Shown here: positions 1 through 8,400 of the stretch, piece by piece
Numbering within the stretch: position 1 is the stretch's first letter
Layout of the letters: the number at the start of each line of letters is the position of its first letter
Virus record (IMG/VR): IMGVR_UViG_3300020045_017494
Coordinates: 1-41,819 of that record
Source of the DNA: a virus
Taxonomy: Duplodnaviria > Caudoviricetes
Length of the DNA: 41,819 bases
Reading direction: 5' to 3' (one strand)
Notes under the pieces: model-generated
The model's input: only the letters and a program-made list of their open reading frames with translations
Database searches by the model: none
Told to the model about the DNA's origin: nothing
Translations under genes and position numbers: made by a program

Positions 1-122
1 GCTGTCAGCTCTTTGTTGTTGATCACCTTCAGCTGTTCATTTCCCTGCTCATCGTACCCGGTTACTTCTACCGGGAAAATACCTTGTCCCAGGGTAAAGT
101 TTCGCATAAACTTCAAGCCGGC
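1..122 (-). other. Inverted fragment resembling the N-terminal part of the portal gene (possible chimeric contig edge)
   Basis: Minus strand reads AGLKFMRNFTLGQGIFPVEVTGYDEQGNEQLKVINNKELT and runs off the window edge; this frame is closed upstream by TAA at 141-143. It joins the + strand portal frame at the palindrome GCCGGC (117-122). Portal identity is from recollection of Bacteroidota phage portals. Confidence 0.5.
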
Positions 123-899
123 GAATACGAAACTTTTGATTTACTCGACAATTACGATCCAATAGCCGACCTGCAGCGCAGGCAATGGGCTAACCAGTTG
201 AAAGGAAAATCAGTTGTATATGCCATAAAGGATAGCTGGAGTAATAACGATTACTATCCGGAACCGATATGGTGGAGCGCCTACCTGGCCGGATGGGTAG
301 ATGTGGCCAGGGTGGTACCTAAATTCCTGCTGAAAGCCTATGCTAACCAGGTAACATGGAAATGGCATGTACAAATACCTTATGCTTTCTGGGATCAGAA
401 ATTTCCGAAAGAAGATTTTAAAACCACAGAGGACCGGAAGGCCGCCATTGAAACGTATATGGATGCCATTGAGGAAAACATTTGCAGCCAGGAGAATGCT
501 GACAAACCAATTTTCACCATGTTTGCCATTAATCCAAACAATGGCAAAACTGAAGAGCAGTGGATTATTACTCCCCTGGACAATAAAAGCAAAGAAGGTG
601 ACCGGCTTGTTACATCTGCAGCTGCCAACAGCGAAATAATGTTTGCCATGATGCTTAACCCGAATGTGCTGGGCGCCGGTATGCCTGGCGGCGTTTACTC
701 GGGTAACCAGGGAGGAAGCAACATCCGGGAAGCCTTCCTGGTAAATATTGCTAATGCCTGGCTCGACCGGCAGAACCTGCTGGATCCACTGGAAGCATTT
801 TTGCAATACAATGGAGTTACGGGAGTGCAATTGCGCTTCAGGAATACGATACTTACTACACTGGATACCGGGGCGGGAACGACTAAAAAACTTTCGTAA
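117..899 (+). CDS. Phage portal protein, C-terminal part (partial)
   Basis: Follows terL on the circular map; motif NPNVLGAGMPGG...GGSNIREAF and C-terminal FRNTILTTLDTG resemble Bacteroidota phage portals. No convincing start. Confidence 0.7.
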   Translation, partial: AGEYETFDLLDNYDPIADLQRRQWANQLKGKSVVYAIKDSWSNNDYYPEPIWWSAYLAGWVDVARVVPKFLLKAYANQVTWKWHVQIPYAFWDQKFPKEDFKTTEDRKAAIETYMDAIEENICSQENADKPIFTMFAINPNNGKTEEQWIITPLDNKSKEGDRLVTSAAANSEIMFAMMLNPNVLGAGMPGGVYSGNQGGSNIREAFLVNIANAWLDRQNLLDPLEAFLQYNGVTGVQLRFRNTILTTLDTGAGTTKKLS

Positions 900-903
900 A
901 CGA

Positions 904-954
904 GTAAAAACCCCTCCTAAATCCTCCCCGTTGGGGAGGACTTGAAGACAAGCA
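904..954 (+). repeat. REP-like hairpin repeat, copy 1
   Basis: GTAAAAACCCCTCCTAAATCCTCCCCGTTGGGGAGGACTTGAAGACAAGCA; 8-bp stem TCCTCCCC/GGGGAGGA; starts just after the portal stop. Confidence 0.95.
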
Positions 955-972
955 TTTTAAAATAATTATACC

Positions 973-1956
973 ATGCTAATCAAAACCATTGACGAAATAA
1001 AAGAGCTGCTGCCGGTAAGCTCGGCCAGTGACTTTAACAAACTGAAGCCTCACCTGGAGAATGCGGAACGTGGCTACCTGCTGCCGGCGTTAGGTGAAAA
1101 CATGATGCTTGAGCTTAATGAATTTTCGGAAACAACGCTTCCGGAAACATTAACGGATGTACAGGAATCGATGGCAGAGCTGTTGAACCTGGCCCGGATC
1201 AGCCTTGTGCACCTGGCATACTGGATAGGGTATGATACGCTGAACGCGTACATCAGTGATGGCGGATTCAGAAGGATAGAAAGCGAGAAGATCAGGAGCC
1301 TATTTAAATACCAGGAGGATTCAATCAGGGATTACTTCAAGGTAACCGGCTTTAATGGAATTGATGCTATGCTGAAGCTGCTGGAAGCCCGTCCGGATCA
1401 CTTCCTGGAGTACTATACCAGCCCGGAGCACGACAAGCTTAAAGAATTAATTATTTCGAATACAGCCACATTTCACAGCATATACTTTATTGGTAACAGC
1501 CGGTTGGTATTTATGCGACTGATCCCGTACATGATAGCAGTTGAAGATCTGTTCATAAAACCACTGATGGGTACCGTAAATTTTGATTACCTGAAGCGGA
1601 ATATGCTGATAGTACCACAGCCGGATAGGGTTCAGCTAATAATGCCATTGCTTCAAAAACCTATAGCGTATATTGCTACGGCCATGCTGATGGAAGACTC
1701 AGGGGCTGAACTTACTGACCGGGGATTATTTTTTGAAGGTAAAATGTCGAATAACACCGACAATACAGTGAAGAGCCCGACTGAAAAAGAGCGGATTGGC
1801 TTGCTTGTAAAACGAAACCGGGGAATAGGCGAAAGTTACCTGGCAGCGGTTAAAGCCTTTATGCTTGAATATTCGGGCGACTGGAACGAGTATGCAGCAC
1901 CCAGGGGAATATTACCGAACAGGGATAATACAGGGAAGAGGAGTATTTGGGTGTAA
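973..1956 (+). CDS. Putative head-tail adaptor (DUF6712-like)
   Basis: 327 aa after the portal, with an internal duplication (AERGYLLPALG / VEDLFIKPLMG); family from recollection. Confidence 0.55.
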   Translation: MLIKTIDEIKELLPVSSASDFNKLKPHLENAERGYLLPALGENMMLELNEFSETTLPETLTDVQESMAELLNLARISLVHLAYWIGYDTLNAYISDGGFRRIESEKIRSLFKYQEDSIRDYFKVTGFNGIDAMLKLLEARPDHFLEYYTSPEHDKLKELIISNTATFHSIYFIGNSRLVFMRLIPYMIAVEDLFIKPLMGTVNFDYLKRNMLIVPQPDRVQLIMPLLQKPIAYIATAMLMEDSGAELTDRGLFFEGKMSNNTDNTVKSPTEKERIGLLVKRNRGIGESYLAAVKAFMLEYSGDWNEYAAPRGILPNRDNTGKRSIWV

Positions 1957-2000
1957 AACCCCTCCTAAATCCTCCCCGGTGGGGAGGACTTGAAGACAAG
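1953..2000 (+). repeat. REP-like hairpin repeat, copy 2
   Basis: GTAAAACCCCTCCTAAATCCTCCCCGGTGGGGAGGACTTGAAGACAAG; contains the TAA stop (1954-1956) of the upstream gene. Confidence 0.95.
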
Positions 2001-2014
2001 TAATTGAATGTATT

Positions 2015-2770
2015 ATGAAAGATTTGGCGATTGAATATAAATGGTTTGGGTTTCGCAGGATGGTGATCAGGCAGCTACCCGAACGGTGGGAGGAACTGAA
2101 CGCGCGGCAGCTGATAGCAGTTGCCAAACTGGCACAGGCTAACATTGGTGAAACGGATTACCTGCATGAGTTTCTGGATTTACCCAAAAAGCTGGTAAAG
2201 AAACTTAGTGCATTTGAAATATGGAACATTGGTAAACAGATAACCTTTACGGAAGGCTTTGAACCATGGTACAAATTTATACTGAAGCTGAAAGGGCTTG
2301 CAGCTCCACGACCACGGCTGGAGGGAATGACATTCGGACAGTTTATGTTTGTGGATACATTTTACGGGGATTGGGTGGGCTTTGACTCCGCTCAGCCTGC
2401 CAATGAGCGGGATGATCACCTGAATAAATTTGTGGGTAGTTTATATTTTCCGGAGAAAGAAAAATTTGATACAGAAAAGCTCGAGCTTTATATAGAGAAT
2501 TCCAGGGAGCTTCCGGAAGAAGTAAAAATTGCTATTACACTTAACTACCGCTTACTGAAAGAGTGGCTTAGTAATTTATATCCATTGTTGTTTCAGCGGC
2601 CGGCGGAAACAACTACTGAAGCAAAACAACCATCGACCAGCGGTTGGCTGACCATATTTGAAAGCATTGTTGGCGATGACATTATTCACCAGGAAGAATA
2701 TTTCGATTTATCGGTTCATGCAGTTTTACGGTTTCTCACTAAAAAAATGAAGGAAAATGCAAAAGGATAA
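2015..2770 (+). CDS. Phage morphogenesis protein (possible tail assembly chaperone)
   Basis: 251 aa in the neck/tail region with P.RWEEL and ..MTFGQF..D motifs; function inferred from position. Confidence 0.4.
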   Translation: MKDLAIEYKWFGFRRMVIRQLPERWEELNARQLIAVAKLAQANIGETDYLHEFLDLPKKLVKKLSAFEIWNIGKQITFTEGFEPWYKFILKLKGLAAPRPRLEGMTFGQFMFVDTFYGDWVGFDSAQPANERDDHLNKFVGSLYFPEKEKFDTEKLELYIENSRELPEEVKIAITLNYRLLKEWLSNLYPLLFQRPAETTTEAKQPSTSGWLTIFESIVGDDIIHQEEYFDLSVHAVLRFLTKKMKENAKG

Positions 2771-3278
2771 AAAGTTTTCGGCGTTTGTAGCATACTGCAA
2801 ACAGCTGGCCATGGAGCATGTTAGCATAAAGCATACTGAACTGGAGAAACACTTTTACCGGTTTGAACTTGAGGAAGTGTTAACCGGGCTCAGCAACATA
2901 AACTATCCTGCATTTATACTGGAGGGATATCGGTTTGGTTTCAGAGATGCTAAAAGTGATAACCCAATAAAAATACGCTCAGGGGGATTTATTCTGATTG
3001 ACCACGTGAGTGATCCGGGTGATTATACCAAGATACATGAGGTTTGGGATGCACTGGAGGAAATTGGTGATGATATACTAGCCAGGATAAAAGCTGATAA
3101 GCGTGTAGCTACAGCACCGGTTTACGGCTTTGATATTGAGAATGTAACTGCCACATTGATACAGAATGAACTGGACCATAATTTTGGAATCCGTTTCCTG
3201 TTTGATATTGATTGCCAGATGGCAATGGATGTGGATCCGGATAAATGGTATGTAGAACCGGTTGAGGGGGGTGGGTAA
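2757..3278 (+). CDS. Putative tail terminator / neck protein
   Basis: 173 aa, YPAFILE motif, overlaps the previous gene; positional inference. Confidence 0.4.
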   Translation: MQKDKKFSAFVAYCKQLAMEHVSIKHTELEKHFYRFELEEVLTGLSNINYPAFILEGYRFGFRDAKSDNPIKIRSGGFILIDHVSDPGDYTKIHEVWDALEEIGDDILARIKADKRVATAPVYGFDIENVTATLIQNELDHNFGIRFLFDIDCQMAMDVDPDKWYVEPVEGGG

Positions 3279-3325
3279 AAACCCCTCCTAAATCCTCCCA
3301 GGTGGGGAGGACTTGCAGACAAGCA
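3275..3325 (+). repeat. REP-like hairpin repeat, copy 3
   Basis: GTAAAAACCCCTCCTAAATCCTCCCAGGTGGGGAGGACTTGCAGACAAGCA; contains the TAA stop 3276-3278. Confidence 0.95.
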
Positions 3326-3339
3326 AATACGATAATGAT

Positions 3340-3846
3340 ATGACACCAGAGGAATTAATTGAGTATAATGCAATGCTCCGGAAGTGGGGTGGGTTTATAC
3401 AGCGTAAATTCTCAGCTTCAGCTGCGCGATTCACACATGGTAAAGATGGAGCAGTTACCCGTGGAATACAAAAGCATCACAGCCGAACTGAACTGAAGCT
3501 GGATAAGAGCATTACCAAGCGGGCAGATATGCACTCCGGAGTAATTGACTATATCGGTTTTAATATGGAGCGCCATGGGGTATTTGTGCATAAAGGCGTT
3601 GGGCGCGGATATGCGATGGAAGGCGGGATGGTAGTGAGAGGAATGAAACCCAGGGAAGAAACGAAACGGTATGCCAAAGCTAAGAACAGGAATATTGGAA
3701 TTATTAAAATTGACGGGGATAAGAACAGGCGACCGGTTGAGTGGTTTAATCCCATACTTGATGCCGCTATGCCAGGGCTTGCTGATAAGATTGCGGAAAT
3801 GAACGCGGATGCAGCGGTGAATGCGACGAAGATGTATATAAGATAA
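3340..3846 (+). CDS. Putative neck / tail-completion protein
   Basis: Basic protein with HGVFVHKGVGRG and RRPVEWFNP motifs. ATG 3340 preferred because the track start (3313) lies inside the repeat. Confidence 0.5.
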   Translation: MTPEELIEYNAMLRKWGGFIQRKFSASAARFTHGKDGAVTRGIQKHHSRTELKLDKSITKRADMHSGVIDYIGFNMERHGVFVHKGVGRGYAMEGGMVVRGMKPREETKRYAKAKNRNIGIIKIDGDKNRRPVEWFNPILDAAMPGLADKIAEMNADAAVNATKMYIR

Positions 3847-3877
3847 GTTATGAGATATGAGATATGAGTTATGAGAA
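3843..3877 (+). repeat. Heptamer tandem repeat, 5 imperfect units
   Basis: ATAAGTT ATGAGAT ATGAGAT ATGAGTT ATGAGAA. Confidence 0.85.
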
Positions 3878-3884
3878 TGTTTTA

Positions 3885-3892
3885 TATATTTG
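3885..3892 (+). promoter_or_regulatory. Bacteroidota sigma-A -7 element of the moron operon
   Basis: TATATTTG matches TAnnTTTG, 16 nt before ATG 3909. Confidence 0.7.
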
Positions 3893-3908
3893 AATCAAAG
3901 TTTTATTT

Positions 3909-4544
3909 ATGGGTGCCTTCCTGATTTTAATTTTTGTAATAGTAATAATCATAATACTATCAATTGCGCATAGCAGTAGTTCAGGAACCGATAACAAAAT
4001 ACCTGCAAGCCAGCGAAGATCACAAATGGTAGTTGATGAAATTAACAAAAACAGAGAAACCCCATATCAAAGAGAAAAAAGACTGGATGATATCTATGCC
4101 AGGAACTACGCGTTTCACAAAAACAAAACAATTGATGAAATACAAGAGTATATTGAATATAAAAGACAAAATGATGATGATTACTGGGGTAAAAGCAAAA
4201 TTGAGTATAGGGCATTAATGGTACTTATAAGAGAAAAACAAACTGGTAAACCGGAGCCACCATACCAAAGCTATGCCGGCAAGACCAGATATTTTAAAGA
4301 TAAAACTGTAGTACTTACCGGAACATTTGTAAATTGGCCTGAAAGAAGTGAACTAGTTACGTTACTTGAATCACTTGGAGCGACAGTACATGCAAATATC
4401 ACTGAGCAAACACAAATTCTAATTACAGGAAATAATGTTGATAATGAAGTAATAGGGATGATGAATAAAAATATTAAATCAGGTTCCTATTCAGTTATCC
4501 TAGAGGAGAAAAGCGTAATTAATACTATAAACCATATTCGATAA
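3909..4544 (+). CDS. Membrane-anchored BRCT-domain protein (moron)
   Basis: N-terminal hydrophobic helix; C-terminal FKDKTVVLTGTF...RSELVTLLESLGATV...TQILITG BRCT signature; AT-rich. Confidence 0.7.
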   Translation: MGAFLILIFVIVIIIILSIAHSSSSGTDNKIPASQRRSQMVVDEINKNRETPYQREKRLDDIYARNYAFHKNKTIDEIQEYIEYKRQNDDDYWGKSKIEYRALMVLIREKQTGKPEPPYQSYAGKTRYFKDKTVVLTGTFVNWPERSELVTLLESLGATVHANITEQTQILITGNNVDNEVIGMMNKNIKSGSYSVILEEKSVINTINHIR

Positions 4545-4572
4545 ATGTTCATTTCAAAACCAAATTAATAAT

Positions 4573-4881
4573 ATGGAAAAGAATAAAGAATTTTTGTGGC
4601 GATTTACTGATCCTATTTCGAAATTTGGGGATAATGATGCCGGAGTAAGGATTGACCTGGCTGATAGGGATAAGAAATTCAGGGAAGAAAATTCGGAGCT
4701 TCCCTTTGAAGAATTTATGGCAAAAGCAGAAAAAGAATTTGGACTTGAGGTTAAATACTATGAACGGTATTACCGGTTCAAACAGCTATCAGGCATACAT
4801 GCCATGATGAAGTTTTTTGTAATAATTACTGTTATTTCTTTTGTAGCAGCATGCCTTTATCTCCTGATTACTTTGACATAG
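4573..4881 (+). CDS. Hypothetical membrane protein (moron)
   Basis: 102 aa with a C-terminal TM helix; between the moron promoter and terminator. Confidence 0.65.
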   Translation: MEKNKEFLWRFTDPISKFGDNDAGVRIDLADRDKKFREENSELPFEEFMAKAEKEFGLEVKYYERYYRFKQLSGIHAMMKFFVIITVISFVAACLYLLITLT

Positions 4882-4903
4882 ACGCTTAATTAAATTATAA
4901 TCG

Positions 4904-4934
4904 ACAGGGAGCACACAGCTCCCTGTTTTTTTTT
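4904..4934 (+). terminator. Rho-independent terminator
   Basis: ACAGGGAGC-ACACA-GCTCCCTGT followed by a T run. Confidence 0.9.
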
Positions 4935-4941
4935 ACATTTG
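4934..4941 (+). promoter_or_regulatory. Bacteroidota sigma-A -7 element
   Basis: TACATTTG overlapping the end of the terminator T run, immediately before the structured RNA. Confidence 0.7.
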
Positions 4942-4944
4942 TAG

Positions 4945-5088
4945 TGCCAACAATTAGATAATGAATTCGGAAAGCCTAAGGACTTGGGCTGCGGGTGAAA
5001 GGTATCCAATCCTTTCGCATCCTATGTCCTTTCCGGATGTCTGGTTGTTGGCAACTCGCAGCTCTCTTTTTTTTATAGCCAACAGCCA
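4945..5088 (+). ncRNA. Putative structured leader RNA / RNA switch
   Basis: Complementary pairs with G-U: 4945-4958/5040-5053, 4965-4974/5029-5038, 4986-4996/5054-5064; hairpin 4997-5016; alternative pairing 5042-5052/5078-5088. Confidence 0.65.
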
Positions 5089-5345
5089 TGGGATTTCCTT
5101 TTTTAGAACCGGCACCCTATGTTCCAGATCCTGAGATGCTGGTACAGTTAATCAGTGCGATGTACAAACCGGCCAGCAGCGCACAGAGTGCTGATGAATT
5201 AGTTAGCAGCCTCGAAGTACTGGAGGCACTCCGGGAAACTGATCCGGAACTAACGGCAAAGCATGTATACGATGCCCTGCTGGGGATGGGCTTTAGCCCC
5301 AGAAATATAGAAGGCCATGTATACTGGCCAGTGATGGAGGTATAA
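5088..5345 (+). CDS. Small hypothetical protein downstream of the RNA leader
   Basis: 85 aa ORF whose stop is supplied by repeat copy 4; C-terminus (VYDALLGMGF...VYW) is winged-helix-like. Confidence 0.6.
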   Translation: MGFPFLEPAPYVPDPEMLVQLISAMYKPASSAQSADELVSSLEVLEALRETDPELTAKHVYDALLGMGFSPRNIEGHVYWPVMEV

Positions 5346-5392
5346 AAACCCCTCCTAAATCCTCCCCGGTGGGGAGGACTTGATGACGAGCA
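5343..5392 (+). repeat. REP-like hairpin repeat, copy 4
   Basis: TAAAAACCCCTCCTAAATCCTCCCCGGTGGGGAGGACTTGATGACGAGCA; contains the TAA stop 5343-5345. Confidence 0.95.
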
Positions 5393-5415
5393 GTGTACTG
5401 TATATTGATTTTCGC

Positions 5416-5452
5416 TTGTCCTTTCCAATTTTACCCCGCGCATGTAATATTG
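5416..5452 (+). promoter_or_regulatory. Putative late promoter 1 (tape measure operon)
   Basis: TTGTCCTTT-N20-TAATATTG; same spacing as three other sites. Confidence 0.75.
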
Positions 5453-5477
5453 TGGCTTATACTAATATGCCACTCAA

Positions 5478-8400
5478 ATGCCCTCGAACTACACGCGGCG
5501 GATATCGCTCTATATTAACGGCAAAGAGGTTAAGAATGAAGTAGCCTCCATCCGTGCCGAAATGAACAAACTTGTTAGCCAGCAAGCCCGAATGACCATC
5601 GGGAGCAAGGAGTATGTGCGGGCAGGAAAGAGCATCAGGGAGTTAAAGGCGGTACTGCAGGAACATAACAACAACCTTAAATCGACAGCCAGCGGATGGG
5701 ACCGGATGAAACGGGCCGCTGAAGGGATGAACCGTTATTTCCTAATGATAAGTTCGGCTGTAGCCGGATTAGGCGGATTAGTAATGGCCGGGAAGAAGGC
5801 GATAAGTATGTTCGCGAAATTTGATGACCAGGTAGCTGATGTGAAACGAACCACCGGCATGACCAGGGATGAGATTTATGCAATGAATGAAAGCCTTAAA
5901 AAGGTGAATACCCGTACAGCTCAACTCGACCTGATGAAGTTGGGAGAGATAGCCGGTAAGCTAGGTATACCCAAACTGGAAGTAGAGGGCTTTATCAGAT
6001 CAGCTGACAAAATAAGCGTTGCCCTGAGCGGGGCACTTGGTACCGATACCGAAGAAGCTATTAACCAGATTGGAAAATTGGTTGATATATTCAAAATAAA
6101 AGACCGGTTTGGAATTGAAGACTCAATGCTGAAAGTTGGATCGGCACTTAACAGCCTGGGAAATGCCAGTACTGCTAATGAAGGATACATAGTTGAGTTT
6201 ACCAAACGTGTTGGCGGTATTGCACCCACAGTAGGCGTGAGCATACAGTCGGTTATGGGACTGGCAGCTACACTCGACCAGCTGGGGCAAACTTCGGAAG
6301 TTTCGTCGACTGTTTACAGTGCCATGATCACCGGCATGTTTAAGAAGACCGGTGAATACGCCAAGATAGCCGGATTAGATGTAAAAAAATTCAAAGACCT
6401 GCTCGGCAAGGATACCAACGAAGCTTTTATTAAAGTATTGGAGGGCTTAAAAGGTACCAATGGCGGTATGGAGCGCCTTGTAGAATTAATGGGTGATATT
6501 GGCATGGATGGCAAGCGGAGTGCATCGGTGCTGGGAGTACTGAGTAATAATACGCAGCTATTGCGCGAACAGCAAGATATCTCAAACGGATCATTTAAAC
6601 AAGGCACTTCGATTCTCGATGCCTTCAACTCGAAAAACAACAGCGCCCAGGCAATACTTGATAAAGCACGCAAGCGGATGGATAACCTTGCAGTAACGCT
6701 AGGTGAAAAATTACTTCCTGTGCTTACACTTAGCACAAACGGGTTTAGCTATTTCGTGAAGTATGTTGGGATACTGGTAGATTTTACTATCAGGCATTCG
6801 ACAGCCATACTTACAGCCGGTGTAGCTATAGCGGCCTATACAGTAGCATCGAAAGCGGCATCGGTAATTGAATCGATACGGTTAGCCACATCGAAACAAT
6901 CGATATTACTTGCACAGATTGAGACGAACTGGATACGGTTAAAAATATTACTAACCAATGAAGCCACCATGGCACAAAAAAGAGCCCTGGTAGCAAACAA
7001 AGCTTTGGGAGCCTCAATGACTGCTACGCCCTGGGGAGCAATAGCAGCAGCTATTGTTTTGGTTACCATGGCTGTTATTGGATTGGTTAAGCATTTCGGA
7101 AAAGCATCGGCCGCACAAGAGGCACTGAACGAAGCCAGGAAACGATCGACGGAGCTTGTTGTTGATGAAAAATCAAAGGTAGATTTACTTGTTAGCCTTA
7201 TTAATTCGGAAAATGTATCGATGGCCAGCAAGAAAAAAGCCATTGAAGACTTAAAAAGGATCATACCCGGATACACTGCAATGCTCAACGATCAGGGCAA
7301 AGTAATTTATCAGAACACGGAAAGCGTTAAGGATTACATCACCCAGTTGCGCCGACAATATATGCTGCAAGGATACCAGGAGCAATTTGGCAAAGCCAAT
7401 ATGGCACTGGCCACAGCCCGGGATGAAAGGGACACTTATGTAATGGGGTTAAAAGGCGGGAGGCCACGCACCATGTATCAGCGCGTGAAACTTGACAGCT
7501 ATGACAAAGAGATTGAAGATCAGCAATCGATAGTAATAGCCTTACAAAGCAAGGTAGAAGACTCGCTTAATGCCCAAAATGATTTCAGCGCCCGGATACA
7601 GAAGGAAGCGGAAATGATGATAAAGATAAACGCATCAATTAAAGCTTCGACTAATAAGGATGTTAAAGAAGCCTTGCAGGCAGAGCTTATAAAGCACACG
7701 GAAGCCTATATTGGCTATATAAATGCTTCGAAAGGAATTACGCCGGCTGGAATTGCAGCAGCAGCTGGCGAAGGTGGAACTGGTGGCGGCGGAACCGGCA
7801 GCGGATTCAGCGGTGAAATTGAAGTTGTAAAAGACGCACTTCAGGAGCTCAGCAAAAAGGTAGGGGAATATGATACGCTGATCAATAATGCCATTGTTGG
7901 CGGGAATACCCCTTTAGCCGAGAAGCTGCAGATTGAGAAAACGGCAGCTGAAAACCTGCTTGAGACATACAACCAATTAAAAAAGGCTTTAGCGGAAGGT
8001 AAAGATATAGATATTCTTCAGTTTATTGGTCCGGAGTATAAGAACCCCAATGCGTTGGTAGCAAAAGGTGCCGGAACAATACCACTAGGCCAGCCTGGAG
8101 CATCACCTTTGCAACCCAGGGAAACGACTACCGGAGGTGCTCCCCCACCCGACCCAGGCGAAGATTATAGTGAAGCAATTTTAGATGCCACACTTCAGGC
8201 TACGCAGGATATTAATGATGCGATTTTCGATATTGTTAAAAACCGTCGCCAGGCTGAGTTCGAACATGCTTTGAGCCTGCTGGATAAACAGCGTGAAGCT
8301 GAATTGGCGAATAAGAATTTAACTGAGGCGCAAAAGGATAAGATTAATGCAAAATACAAACAGAAGTCGGATGCTTTACGGCTGAAACAGTTTCACCAGG

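Noticed and set aside
210-830. Long antisense and alternate-frame ORFs in the track (e.g. 210..830, 6314..6736, 20025..20258, 38084..38506)
   Set aside because: They overlap well-supported genes and have no recognisable motifs; treated as shadow ORFs.
5025-5032. TGTCCTTT as a fifth late promoter
   Set aside because: Preceded by A rather than T, no -7-like octamer 20 nt downstream, and it forms part of the RNA helix.
904-5392. The four repeats as a CRISPR array
   Set aside because: Copies are separated by 1-2 kb of genes rather than 30-40 nt spacers, and no cas genes are present.
7755-7815. GGC/GGA-rich stretch in the tape measure gene as a DNA repeat element
   Set aside because: Explained by an Ala/Gly linker (AAAAGEGGTGGGGTGSG) at protein level.
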